Below, piece after piece: positions 54,142 to 64,000 of a stretch of DNA of 64,000 nt. Below the pieces are notes generated by a model, which saw nothing but the letters and a program-made list of their open reading frames with translations, had not been told where the DNA came from and searched no databases. This stretch comes from a virus: the IMG/VR virus record IMGVR_UViG_3300030518_000006, positions 32,774 through 96,773 of that record. One strand, 5' to 3'. The translations under genes were made by a program, and so were the position numbers. How positions within the stretch are numbered: the first letter of the stretch is position 1; the number at the start of each line of letters is the position of its first letter.

Positions 54142-54621
54142 TCAGTACCCCCTCCCCTCTGTCACAACCTGCCCCTCGAGTCCCGCCATCACGTCGCGCT
54201 TGCGCTTGTGGTCGCACGCGACTTCCAGGTAGGAGTCGAGCGGTCCGTTGAAGCTGCTGCCGATATCCTCCACCATGAACTTGCGCCAGGAGCCCACGCT
54301 CCGGCTGTCGAGCTCGGCCCACAGCTCCTCGTGAATGGGCCCTGCCGGGCTGGGCTTGCCTTCCAGGCTTGCTGCCGCCCGTGCCTGGGCCTGCGCCTCG
54401 ACCTTGGTGAGCACCGCGGCATAGAGCTCCGGACCCTGGCCGAGAGGGAACGCGGTGGCGCCATTGCGGGCGAGCATGTAGGCCACCACCATCTCGATGA
54501 CCGAGAGCTGGTTCACCAGGCCCACACCGCGGGCCTCGGACAGCAGGGTCATGCTCCCGGAGCCGGCGGGGCCAGGGTTGTGGGTGGAGACGGTTTCGTC
54601 CTTGTTGATCGTGATGGTCAT
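54142..54621 (-). CDS. Hypothetical protein
   Basis: Coupled ORF. Confidence 0.55.
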   Translation of the reverse strand: MTITINKDETVSTHNPGPAGSGSMTLLSEARGVGLVNQLSVIEMVVAYMLARNGATAFPLGQGPELYAAVLTKVEAQAQARAAASLEGKPSPAGPIHEELWAELDSRSVGSWRKFMVEDIGSSFNGPLDSYLEVACDHKRKRDVMAGLEGQVVTEGRGY

Positions 54622-54624
54622 GGC

Positions 54625-55269
54625 TCAGACTCCTACCGTCGTGGGGTGGCAGTTGGCGATGACAACCGTGCGCCAGGAGAGGTTCATGGTCAGGAGATTC
54701 GCACCGCGCTCGACGAGGTGCTGGCTATGCGTCCGCGCGGTCTTCTCCGCCTGGCTCGCCTTCATGCTGTACTGGTTGTACGGGAGCCAGTCGGCGGTGA
54801 TCTGGGTCTCGGTCACCGTCGCGTGCAGCACCAGCACTGCGGCGGTGTACGGGGTTCCCGCGGCCGAGGTCCGGGCCTCCTCACCATCGAAGTAGTACTG
54901 CCATTTCGTGCCCTTGGCCTTCACCGTCGCGATCGGGATGCGGTGCTTGTGATGGGCCAGCTCGCAGTGCACCGCGGCCATCAGGCGGAGCTCGTGGTGC
55001 CGGCGCAGGCCGCGGAGCGGCTCGCTGGCTGCCTGGAGATCGTGGTAGGTCTTCAGCAGTTCGACCATGGCCGGATCGCGGTCGACCGCGTTGCCGCGGA
55101 CGCCCCGGGACCAGCAGTCGTGCAGCACCTTGGTGTGCTCGGCGTCGATGCGCTTAAATTCGGCGCTGGCGGCATCGCAGGCGTCGGCGTAGCGCTGGTG
55201 TGCCTGGCTGTACTCGGCACGGGCAGCGAGGACTTCGGGGGTGACAGGGATGGTGAGCGTCTTGGTCAT
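54625..55269 (-). CDS. Hypothetical protein
   Basis: Start MTKTLT after the shared GAAAGGGC leader. Confidence 0.6.
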   Translation of the reverse strand: MTKTLTIPVTPEVLAARAEYSQAHQRYADACDAASAEFKRIDAEHTKVLHDCWSRGVRGNAVDRDPAMVELLKTYHDLQAASEPLRGLRRHHELRLMAAVHCELAHHKHRIPIATVKAKGTKWQYYFDGEEARTSAAGTPYTAAVLVLHATVTETQITADWLPYNQYSMKASQAEKTARTHSQHLVERGANLLTMNLSWRTVVIANCHPTTVGV

Positions 55270-55274
55270 TCGGT

Positions 55275-55364
55275 GCCCTTTCCAGGCTGGTGTTGCCCTA
55301 GTATTGGGCCGAAATCCCCTGTTTTCCACCTCATAGCCTAGGCTCGCGTGACACTGTATCACAC
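55275..55364 (-). promoter_or_regulatory. Repeated promoter/leader cassette, copy 3
   Basis: CTCGCGTGACACTGTATCACAC at 55343 and GCCCTTTCCAGGCTGGTG at 55275. Confidence 0.7.
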
Positions 55365-55780
55365 ACGCTCGTCTCTCCCACTTTCGCCTGGTTCTACCGC
55401 GTTTTATGCGTTTCACCACCTTGGCTATAGCCCTGTCAACGATGCTCAGGTCGCGGAGGTACCGCCGGATGATCTGGTCGAGGGTTGGGGTGCGCATGCC
55501 CTCTTAGACGATCGACGGCGCCGCTTCGTTACAGGTGCGGGGTGCACCTCGATCACCCGCATGCCCCGGTCCTCCTGCCGCCGGCTGCTAGTGCTCGACC
55601 AGACCTGCCCGGCGTGCAGCCCATGCTCTGCAGGGCACCGCCGCCTGATGATCCACCGCTGCTGCGCCGCCGAGTACCCCACCAGCACATGGCTCGGCCG
55701 CGGGCAGTTGCGCGTACCCCGGACCCGACCGGCGGTGCCGTCGGGGTAGGTGAATACGAAGGCGGGGCGGCGGGGGTGGG

Positions 55781-56278
55781 TCATCCCATGCTCCACTGCG
55801 GATGATCGCCCTGCTGGACCCGCCAGGCCCGCGCCTGGGCATCCTTGTCCTCGAGCGCCGCGCTGAGATTCATCGGCGACTTGCCGACGTTCTGGAGCAG
55901 CAGGATCAGCGAGGCGATGGCGCCCGCGGCATTCGGCTGCATGTTGGTGTGGCCGTCCATCAACCCGACCGCGATCGAGCTGAAGTCCCCGGGCCAGGCG
56001 GCGCAGGCGCGGCTGACGAGGTCGGCGACCTCGGGGAACTGGGGGCGGAGGTCGACGAGGTCAGGGATCTTCGGCTTGGTGATCACCGTGGTCGCCGTCG
56101 CCGCCGTCCTGGTGCTGATCTTCTCGAGCATGTCGGCGGCCTGCCGCATCCCCGCGACGCAGCCGCCCAGGCGCTGGGCCCGGAAGCCGTCGTCATGGGC
56201 GGCGGACTGCTCCGCTTCGACCGCGGTGGCGCGCAGCGCGGCGATGAGCTCGGTGGGGGTGTGGTAGATGATGGTCAT
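55781..56278 (-). CDS. Hypothetical protein
   Basis: Start MTIIYH with RBS AAGGAG. Confidence 0.55.
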   Translation of the reverse strand: MTIIYHTPTELIAALRATAVEAEQSAAHDDGFRAQRLGGCVAGMRQAADMLEKISTRTAATATTVITKPKIPDLVDLRPQFPEVADLVSRACAAWPGDFSSIAVGLMDGHTNMQPNAAGAIASLILLLQNVGKSPMNLSAALEDKDAQARAWRVQQGDHPQWSMG

Positions 56279-57245
56279 CGCTTCTCCTTCGGTACTGGGT
56301 GTGCTGCCAGCCACGCGACCCCTTCGGGTGTGACAGTGAACCGCTCACCGGTGAAATGGCACAGGCTGATGGTCACGAGGAACTCCGCGAGAAAACGCCC
56401 ATAACCGGCCTGCCCGAGCGGGCCATACTCTGACTCCTCATCGGCGGAGCTCGCGGCCCCACACTCGAACGCGGTGAGTCCTTCGACCGATCGACCGATG
56501 GCACGGAGTACCAGAAGCTGCCGGGGCATGATGAGGATCATGGCGCTATCTCTTTCGGCCAGCGCTTGAAACCCCAAGGCGGAGGAGCGCGTTTTCCTTC
56601 TCCCGCCCACAGAATACGTGACTGCCCGTTATTGGGCGGTCGCACAATCCATTCCGTAAACGGCATCCGAGCCATCATCTTCATCGGCCACAGACCACCC
56701 ATCGTGACGAAGAAGGCATCGGGGCCCCCCATTCGGCATGAGACAATCCAAAGAGGATGCCATGCAGAGCGCATGAGGTGCCCTGCATAGGTACGAACCG
56801 GAATAGTATCTGGGCTATCCGGATGGAGGTCCAATGAGAGAAGCCGGCGCATGATAGTTGCAGCTTCAGGGGTCACCCCTCACTCCTCTTGTGCCTAGGT
56901 ACCGTCGCCATCCCATCCTTCCCCGGCCGCACCCCGAGCGTCCGGTTGCACCACCGGCAGTGGTACTCCCGTCGCTCGATCTGGTCGGGCGACAGGCGCA
57001 CCCGGGTGCTCGAGGTGAAGCAGGCGGGGATGCGGAGGAAGGCGATGCGGGTCATACTGCTACTCCTCCATCGCCTGTCGAATCGCGTCCTGGTCAACCC
57101 CTGCTGGCGCCTCCACGACCATCTCGTCGTCGATCCAGGTGACCTTACAGCCGAGCGCTTCGAGACGCCCGGTGACGCGCAGCAGGTGCCCACGCTGGTG
57201 CTCGGTCGCCTGCTGAATCATGTTCTCGTGGAGGCGCCCCATCGC

Positions 57246-57578
57246 TCAGCTCCCCAGCATCCACTCAGCGATCGGCCCGGTGCCATGGATGGCCTTTTTG
57301 TTGGCGAACTTGGCCAGCACAATCGCGCGGGCCGCATCGAGCGGCTCTTTCACGCTCTTGGGGAAGGTCATACACTGGTACTGATTCGCGGCGGCGAATG
57401 CCTTCGCCCGGGTGATCTCCTTGGCGTTCACTTCCGGTCCGTGGAGCCACGTACAAGCCTTGGCTTTTGGGGCGAGCCTGGTCTCGCGCACCTGTTGGAG
57501 CCGGTCCAGGTACCGGCCGGTCAGCTCGACGCCGTCCATGCTGACCCAGGCGAGCACGATCCAGTAGGGAGCGCTCAT
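57246..57578 (-). CDS. Hypothetical protein
   Basis: Coupled ORF. Confidence 0.55.
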   Translation of the reverse strand: MSAPYWIVLAWVSMDGVELTGRYLDRLQQVRETRLAPKAKACTWLHGPEVNAKEITRAKAFAAANQYQCMTFPKSVKEPLDAARAIVLAKFANKKAIHGTGPIAEWMLGS

Positions 57579-58207
57579 GGCTTAGGTCCGGTGAACATCG
57601 CGCGCCCCGGGGCATCCGGGCGGCTCAGGATGGCCTTGTGCAGCATATCCTGGCCGGTGCGAATGGTGCAGCTCTTGTGCGCCTTGTTGTAGATGGCCAG
57701 CGCATGCGAATAGGAAGGGGCGGCGCCGATGGCGGTGCAGGCTTCCTGGGCGCTGAAGATGGTGTTGATGGCAGTGGGCGCTGCGGGAGTTTCAGCGATC
57801 TCCTTCAGCCCATCCAGGTGCCGCTGGATCTCGGCGCGCTGCTCCAGGATCTCCTTGATCTTGAGCCGCTGCTTCCAGCCGCTGCGCATGTTCTCGGCCT
57901 CGTCCTCGCGCTCGAAGTTACGCTCGAGCTCGGCCTCCAGGATCGCCTTGGCGTGGCGCTGGCGCTCGGCCTTGCTGGCGTTCCAGAACTGGCGGTCGTA
58001 GCGGCCCGGCTTGCGATCGTGCGGGATGCGCGTCAGGGTGCCGCGGCCGGCGGGCATGGTGTAGACCGCCAGGACGTACTCGGCGAGCACCTCGACCACG
58101 ATGCAGTCGCGCCGGTTTTGGTTGATCACCAGGCGGATGCAGTCGCCGATCGCAGGGAGGCGCATGGGTGGGGTAGCAACAGGGACGAAGGGAACAGTGT
58201 CGACCAT
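57575..58207 (-). CDS. Hypothetical protein
   Basis: Start MVDTVP after the shared leader. Confidence 0.6.
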   Translation of the reverse strand: MVDTVPFVPVATPPMRLPAIGDCIRLVINQNRRDCIVVEVLAEYVLAVYTMPAGRGTLTRIPHDRKPGRYDRQFWNASKAERQRHAKAILEAELERNFEREDEAENMRSGWKQRLKIKEILEQRAEIQRHLDGLKEIAETPAAPTAINTIFSAQEACTAIGAAPSYSHALAIYNKAHKSCTIRTGQDMLHKAILSRPDAPGRAMFTGPKP

Positions 58208-58212
58208 GGTAT

Positions 58213-58303
58213 GCCCTTTCCAGGCTGGTGATGCCCGAAGCATGCACCGAATCCGTCCCTGAACAGACTCCGGCTAGCCGACTCGCGTTACACTGTGTCA
58301 CAC
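58213..58303 (-). promoter_or_regulatory. Repeated promoter/leader cassette, copy 4
   Basis: CTCGCGTTACACTGTGTCACAC at 58282 and GCCCTTTCCAGGCTGGTG at 58213. Confidence 0.7.
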
Positions 58304-58310
58304 AATAGAT

Positions 58311-58340
58311 GGGCGTAAGTCCTATCAACGACTTACGCCC
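58311..58340. repeat. Perfect 11-8-11 inverted repeat
   Basis: GGGCGTAAGTC-CTATCAAC-GACTTACGCCC. Confidence 0.85.
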
Positions 58341-58455
58341 AGTACCGACTAACCTACTCGATGTATCCGACGTCCGAGTGCCCGGCCGGGGACCACGTAT
58401 TACCTTTGCTTCGTCGCGAGCGAGGATCGCTTTGCTGCGACCTTGTCGGCCAGGG

Positions 58456-59012
58456 TCAGGAGTTGATGCAGCTGATCATACTGCTGATCTTGGTCAGGAG
58501 TTGATGCAGCTGATCATACTGCTGATTCAGATGGTCACGCTCCTGCGCCACCAGCGAGGCCGCGGCATTGGCATCGTGCAGGTCCGCCTTGATCTTCCTG
58601 ATCGCCTCATTGGGCTGACCCGGCGTCGGCCGCAGCTCCGCCATCCGATCGATCCGCTCGGAAAGGGTCATGACTCGCCCGTCGCCGTTCTGCTCCTCGA
58701 CACCGTGGCGGGTCAAAGCGACGTGGGCTTTTCGCAGGTACACCTGGAGAGTATCACGCTCCCTCTGCAAGGTCTCTACCGCCTTGTTGTGATCCGCCCA
58801 CGACGGGCGTTGATTCCGCTCCGCTACCGCCTCATCGATCCGCCCTTGCATGCCGGTGACCTCGGCGCGGTGGAGGAGTTTCTCGGAGGCCAGCTCGGCC
58901 TTGAGCTCGTCCTTCTCCTTGACGACTGCCTCCCATAGTGCCCGCATGGTGCGCGCGCTGTGCTCGATGGAGTCAATGATGGACGGGGTCTGGGGCGGCG
59001 GGGGAATGGGCA
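58456..59012 (-). CDS. Coiled-coil protein with C-terminus altered by a tandem duplication
   Basis: Likely start MPIPPP; heptad pattern; 38-bp-period repeat at 58454-58526. Confidence 0.55.
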
Positions 59013-59159
59013 TGGCGGGTTCCTTGGGCGACGGTTCAGGGCGTTCGATGAGGCCGAGGAGTATGCCATGCCCGGGATGACGGAAGCAATGGATGGCGTC
59101 GTCATCGGGCAGGATACAATGGCAGTAGGCGCAGCGACGACAGAGACGGAGGCTCACGT

Positions 59160-59633
59160 TCACGTCTTCTGCTCCACGGCGCTATCAGGGTATGTGCCAT
59201 TCCTGGGCAGCACGACCGTGTCGATGCGACCGTTCATCGCATGGACCCGGTCGGCCAAGGCCTTGAGGTCGCTCGGCAGGCCTAAGCATCCACACGGCGC
59301 CTTGGGATTGTTGCTCCCGTCGATCGAGAACCGGCAGTGGGACTTGCCGCAGCCCTGCTGGACCTGCTCGACGACTCGATAGATCTCCGACGCAAGCTTC
59401 TGGCGCTCTTCCCAGTAGGCTTCGGACGCAATCTCGTCGGCGGTCAGCTCCGGCTTGATCCGGAAATGGTCGTACGACTGCATACCGGCGATCTCACGCG
59501 CACCCACATCCCGCCACCGTTTGGTGTCGACGTATTGCCGCTGCACCGTCTGCCCGTGGGCATGGGCGGTGAGATACGTGATCATCAGCAGGGTGTGGGC
59601 CTTGGAGCCGGGTAGGTCGGGGAAGTCGGTCAT
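59160..59633 (-). CDS. Hypothetical protein
   Basis: Start MTDFPD overlapping the upstream stop. Confidence 0.5.
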   Translation of the reverse strand: MTDFPDLPGSKAHTLLMITYLTAHAHGQTVQRQYVDTKRWRDVGAREIAGMQSYDHFRIKPELTADEIASEAYWEERQKLASEIYRVVEQVQQGCGKSHCRFSIDGSNNPKAPCGCLGLPSDLKALADRVHAMNGRIDTVVLPRNGTYPDSAVEQKT

Positions 59634-60238
59634 GATTTCTGCTCTCTGGCGCGCTGCGCCGTGACGATGATGTGCTCCGCCATCCATTCCCAGTCGATCT
59701 CGGCTCGGGGCTTGAGCCAGATCGTCTCGGTGATGCAGGCGGCCGGGAGACGTTGATTGGTGACGTGGTCGTCGGCGTACTCGACCCCTTCGCGACGGAG
59801 TTCGATCACTGCGTCGGCAAGGAAGGCCTCGTTCACAAAGCGCACATCGGTGATCAGGGTCACCCCGTGCGTCCGCTGGGCAAGCCGAGCCTTCATCAGC
59901 TCGACCCAGTGGTTGACCCCCAGCTGCTCGCGCACCACTTCGGTGCCGATGAACTGCATGAGCTTACGCGGGGACCAGCCGATGAGGGATTGCGTTGGGG
60001 CGGTCGTAGGTTCCCATACCACCTCCTTGGTGGTCTCGTCCATGAGTTGCTCCGGCGCCCATCCGGTAAGCGCAGCGACGCAGCGATAGAGGGGCGCCGC
60101 GAACTTGTCGCGATAGCACAGGTGCTTCTGCTGAAACCAGACTTTCCCGGCCAGGGAGTTGGCGACAGTGTCCTTGCCGGTGCCGCGCGGGGCAGAGAAG
60201 CCGATCGTGAGATGTTGGAGGAGGGAGAGATCGATCAT
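59630..60238 (-). CDS. Deoxynucleoside monophosphate kinase
   Basis: IGFSAPRGTGKDT, FAAPL, SPRKLMQFIGTEVVR, ITDVRFVNEA. Confidence 0.85.
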   Translation of the reverse strand: MIDLSLLQHLTIGFSAPRGTGKDTVANSLAGKVWFQQKHLCYRDKFAAPLYRCVAALTGWAPEQLMDETTKEVVWEPTTAPTQSLIGWSPRKLMQFIGTEVVREQLGVNHWVELMKARLAQRTHGVTLITDVRFVNEAFLADAVIELRREGVEYADDHVTNQRLPAACITETIWLKPRAEIDWEWMAEHIIVTAQRAREQKS

Positions 60239-60618
60239 GGCGCAGCCTTTCCGCACGGCTGCCAGACCACGCCGTCATGGTCCACCCGCAGCTTGGTATA
60301 CTCGTAGGCCTCGAGCAGCTTCGCAAAGGTGATCCACCCGCGCAGCGATGAGAGGACCCCTTCCGGGTTCACCTCCATGATGATCCCGCGCCGGTCAGGG
60401 TCTCCCTTCTTGGACCGGATGATGGCGCCCATGGGGACGTCACGAGAGGCCCAGGGAACGAGCTTGGGCGCGGGCTTGACCCGGTAATTCCATTTCCCGC
60501 CGAAACCCATCTGCTCATTCGGAACCCATACACCATCGAGTCGCTGATATTCGATCTCCTGGCCTTTGGAATAGGCCTCGATGATGGGGAGCAGTTCGGC
60601 GGCGCGTTCAGGTCTCAT
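60235..60618 (-). CDS. Hypothetical phage protein
   Basis: AAELLPIIEAYSKGQEIEY..YRVKP. Confidence 0.6.
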   Translation of the reverse strand: MRPERAAELLPIIEAYSKGQEIEYQRLDGVWVPNEQMGFGGKWNYRVKPAPKLVPWASRDVPMGAIIRSKKGDPDRRGIIMEVNPEGVLSSLRGWITFAKLLEAYEYTKLRVDHDGVVWQPCGKAAP

Positions 60619-60972
60619 GACTTCAGGTCCTTCTCGAGATCCTTGATTCCCTGTGTGCATGTCTGGATCGTCTTCGCATAGGCGTTGAGCATGTGGGCAG
60701 CGATCTGCAGGTTGTAGAATACCGGCTGCCACCCCTTACTGATCTCATCGGCGACCTCCTTAGCGGCTCTCTCGGCCTGCTTGATCTGGTCCCGAAGGCG
60801 TTGGATGTGCTCGAGTTCTCGACCCTTGGTCATGGCTGCACTCCTATGGTCACACTCGGGTGCATCCGCTCCCACACCGCCCACCCTGCCAGGGCTACCG
60901 CCAGCACGATGAGTGTGGCGCAGCCGAGGAATGCGGCCCAGGTGCCTTCGCGAGGGTCGTCGGGAGGGAGGG

Positions 60973-61323
60973 TCACGGGTGCTCGCCCAGGTGTTCGCCC
61001 AGGCAGCCGAAGACATGGAACACCAGGCCGCCAGTGTCGGCGCGACCAAGGTAGTTGAGGCCGCCGATGTGATCGGGTGAACCGGTCGCCATCACCAAGA
61101 AGGTGAAGAGATCAGCGTAGCCGCCGCTGGACGGGTTCTTGGTGAACTTGGCCGCGATGTCAGGGCCGACTACGGCCCAGACCCGGAGCTTGGGCGCGGG
61201 GTCGCCCACACCGGAATGCTCCTGCTGAAACGCCACGCTGATGGGCTTGGCGCCACGCGGCAGCCGGACGATCTGGCGACCGGGCTCGAGGGAGAGGTCG
61301 TACTTGTAGATGATGTCGTTCAT
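60973..61323 (-). CDS. Hypothetical phage protein
   Basis: IYKYDL..LPRGAK..SV..Q..VWAVV..TG..YLG..LVFHVF. Confidence 0.6.
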   Translation of the reverse strand: MNDIIYKYDLSLEPGRQIVRLPRGAKPISVAFQQEHSGVGDPAPKLRVWAVVGPDIAAKFTKNPSSGGYADLFTFLVMATGSPDHIGGLNYLGRADTGGLVFHVFGCLGEHLGEHP

Positions 61324-62038
61324 TCGTCCCTCCCTGCTGGATCCAACGATGGGTTGGCCAGATTGTCCACGCTGGCCAGCACCCAGATGCGCAGGCACTC
61401 CGCGGTGCAGAAGTGCTGGGCGACGGTGCATTGCATCGTGCAGCCACCACCATGCGCCGACAGCCAGAGACCGGCGGGGATGGTCGACCAGCCGCCCATG
61501 GAGTCCCGGGCCCAGGATGGGGTGGGCTCGTTCTGCTTGCCGCATTGGTCGCAGCGGAGGGAGGTGAGGGTGGTCATGCTGCTATCCTCCAAACTGTGGA
61601 CCGCGACGTGGTTCACGCTGCGGTTCTATGGCCAATATGCGAGCTTCCAATTCACTCGCCCGGCTCCGCAGCATGGCAACCGCATCGCAAAGGCGGGCGA
61701 CGGTAGCGTGCATAGATTGGGTGTTGTTCTCGTTGAAAGGATAATTCCCGGCCTTTACATGAAATTGCTGAAGACCGTGCATGGAGCAAACCGGAGAACC
61801 GGCAGCAGCGGGCTGGTTGCAGTCAGGCACAGTGCACGCGGTCATGCGCTCCCCTTCTTCCCTGGAACGCTCGGAAACAACGTCAGCTCACCTGGATTGG
61901 TCTCGATCCCCGGCACCGGCAGCGACCCCAAGGATATCTTGATCCGGCCGCCGTCGTTGGTGAAGGCGTGCCCGATGGTGGTCCACCCGGTCTTGTGACC
62001 GCGGGTCCAGTGGTAGGCGACGTCGTAGGTGGGTTTGG

Positions 62039-62338
62039 TCACGTGCTCAGGTCCGCACACCCGCCCAGGTTCTCGGCCTCCCGCTTCTTGTTCGCGTTCT
62101 CCCCGCGCTTCCGCCCGCCCATGCTGCCGATTGTGGCCATGTGGTACCGGTCCGCGCTCACCTTCTCCCCGCCCTTGCGCCCCGCGCGGGACGCCTCGTC
62201 TCGGGTGAACTCGTGTGCAGCGCCCTTGGCGTGCGCGGACGTCCCGCCTTTGCTGGAGATGGCGGCCCGCTTCTCCGGCGACATCGCGGCAAAGCCGCGG
62301 GGGCCGTGCGGTTTAGGCTTGGGGACGTAGGGGGTCAT
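62039..62338 (-). CDS. KGG-repeat stress-protein-like
   Basis: RGFAAMSPEKRAAISSKGG..HEFTRDEASRAGRKGG..HMATIGSMGG. Confidence 0.85.
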   Translation of the reverse strand: MTPYVPKPKPHGPRGFAAMSPEKRAAISSKGGTSAHAKGAAHEFTRDEASRAGRKGGEKVSADRYHMATIGSMGGRKRGENANKKREAENLGGCADLST

Positions 62339-63072
62339 GGGGTCTCCATACGGGTCAGCTCGACCAGGGCGCGCTTCGCCTGGGCCAGCTGTTGGGTGAG
62401 GGAATTGATCAGGTGCTGCTGCGTCGCGATCTGCCCAGCCTGGGCGGCGCGCACCTCTTCGACGGCGGACATGACCGGGTGCAGCTGGTCCAAGGCGTTG
62501 TACGCGTCTTGCCGGGCCTTGAGGTTGCGGATGCCAGGAATGGTGGCGCGAAGCGTGGTGAGGGCGTGGGTGACGTCGATCATACGTTGCTCTCCGGTGC
62601 GATCATCTCGAACAGCTCTGCCGCTCTGTTGAGCAGCGCCGCGCGCTCCTCGGGCGTCATGATGCGGCACTCCTTCAGGGCATCGAGGAGCGTTCGGACG
62701 CAGTGCAGGGTGCTGCCGGCCGCGCGCCACTGCTGCTCGTCAATCTGCTTCTTGGCTCGGGCGAGCCACACGACGATGACGGTCTGGAAGGTCGCATCGA
62801 GCGCGCTGGCGAGGAAGAGGCGGAAGAGGGACATGGCTATCCGTCCCGCGCCGTGGTGTTCGCCAGTTTATAGTCGATCGATGCGATTGTGCGCGCCTGT
62901 AGATCGATCTCACGGGCAGCGTCGGACAGATCGTCTCGCGTCGCGTCCGGTGTGTTGAGCAGCTTACGCGCGGCAGCTCTCGCACGGTTCACCGCGGCAA
63001 CCCGGTCACAGCGGCACTCCTCCCATACCCGTCCGTAGTCGCTCATCCAAACCTCCCTCGCCAATGCGCGCC

Positions 63073-63099
63073 ACTATGGAGGCGCTATGGAGGAGTCAA
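63073..63099 (-). promoter_or_regulatory. Promoter with tandem CTCCATAG boxes (second copy)
   Basis: Minus strand TTGACT-CCTCCATAGCGCCTC-CATAGT, same design as 45504-45532. Confidence 0.55.
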
Positions 63100-63120
63100 C
63101 AGTGAAATCCTAGTGCCCGG

Positions 63121-63405
63121 TCATCGCTTCCTCCGCGCCATCGTCTTCTCTCGCGCGTCTTCCATGAGCCCTGCCATCTCATAGGCCATCGTCGCCACCT
63201 TCGCGTCGACCGTGTTCGTGCTGAGGATGGTCTGCATCGCCGCGGTCGCGAACGCATCGAGACGGTCCTGCACCACGTCAACGGCGTGCTCGTAGGTGAC
63301 CGACCCCGCGCCTTTGCAGATGTGGCAGGTCTCATAGCGACTCGGGCCATAGGAGCACTTGCCGATACCGCGGCATTCATGGCACTGACGAGAGGCGAGG
63401 GTCAT
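63121..63405 (-). CDS. Small protein with DnaJ-like CxxCxGxG motifs
   Basis: CHECRGIG and CHICKGAG. Confidence 0.55.
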   Translation of the reverse strand: MTLASRQCHECRGIGKCSYGPSRYETCHICKGAGSVTYEHAVDVVQDRLDAFATAAMQTILSTNTVDAKVATMAYEMAGLMEDAREKTMARRKR

Positions 63406-64000
63406 GACGCTTCTTTCTTACGAGGGTGCGCTCGAGTCCATTCATTCCTGCAACTGGTACTACACAAGCGGCTATCACTGCGCGGCCTCCCGCAACCGCT
63501 CCCTGATATACTCGCCGTCCTCCTTGGTCAGCAGGTGGTCCTTGTCCCTGGTCAAGCGGGCGATGGTGGCATGCAGCTCCTCTATCTCCTTCTCAGCATC
63601 GTCGTGCAGCCTGGACATAGCCTTGGCGGTCTGCGCATTGGCATCCCGTTCCGCCAGGGCGGCATGCAACGCAGATTCCCCCGCCGTCGCCGCTGGCCCA
63701 GGTGGGGCGGGGGCGCGGGACTCGGCCTCCATCGGATCTTCCCTGCCGCAACGCTCACACTTACCTCGGTATGCAGCGAACATTACTTACTCTCCCTATT
63801 CACGGCGTTCCACGGATCGATAGCGTCCCTGGCCGAGTTCGGCCCGGCCTTCCTGGTATAGAATGGACCCTGAGCATCGCAGTCGCCGCAGAGGACGTAA
63901 TGCGACTCATGGCTACCAGAGGCGATGCGCATCAGGTGGACATTCGATGAGCAGCAAAACGGGCAGGGTTTCAGCGCCCCCTTCCCGGCATCGGGTTGGG

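Noticed and set aside
1-64000. tRNA/rRNA genes, terminase, portal, packaging ATPase, DNA polymerase
   Set aside because: None recognisable by eye; they may lie outside the window or be too divergent

Overview
A gene-dense, high-GC 64-kb segment of a bacterial virus or provirus. No tailed-phage hallmark genes (terminase, portal, HK97 capsid, tail tube) are recognisable here; the structural genes instead suggest a large tailless, membrane-containing virus with small beta-sandwich (single jelly-roll-like) capsid proteins (inference, not verified by search). Layout: (1) 1-13.6 kb leftward operon with three paralogous discoidin-like spike genes, a fibre, a glycosyltransferase, a Cys/Thr-rich protein and four small beta-rich proteins; (2) 13.7-21 kb rightward accessory block with an internal duplication, a capsid paralogue and a C5 DNA methyltransferase carrying an inserted Zn-deaminase domain; (3) 21-37.5 kb rightward virion module of tail-anchored membrane proteins sharing GFMPG / (L/F)xGLG motifs, Arg-rich proteins punctuated by NP motifs (one looks like an NP-delimited polyprotein), a transglutaminase-like Cys-His-Asp protein, a GP88-like protein and the probable major capsid gene with a strong terminator, interrupted by an antisense cassette of two further capsid paralogues, one fused to a BrnA-like RHH domain; (4) 37.5-64 kb leftward genes: serine recombinase, nucleases, AbiE-like TA pair, glyco-enzymes, HNH, SF1 helicase, DUF1643, dNMP kinase, KGG protein and many small ORFs behind repeated promoter/leader motifs. 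Most interesting: the capsid-paralogue set with RHH fusion, the putative two-motif proteolytic maturation code, and the methyltransferase-deaminase fusion. All family assignments are from motif recognition by eye.
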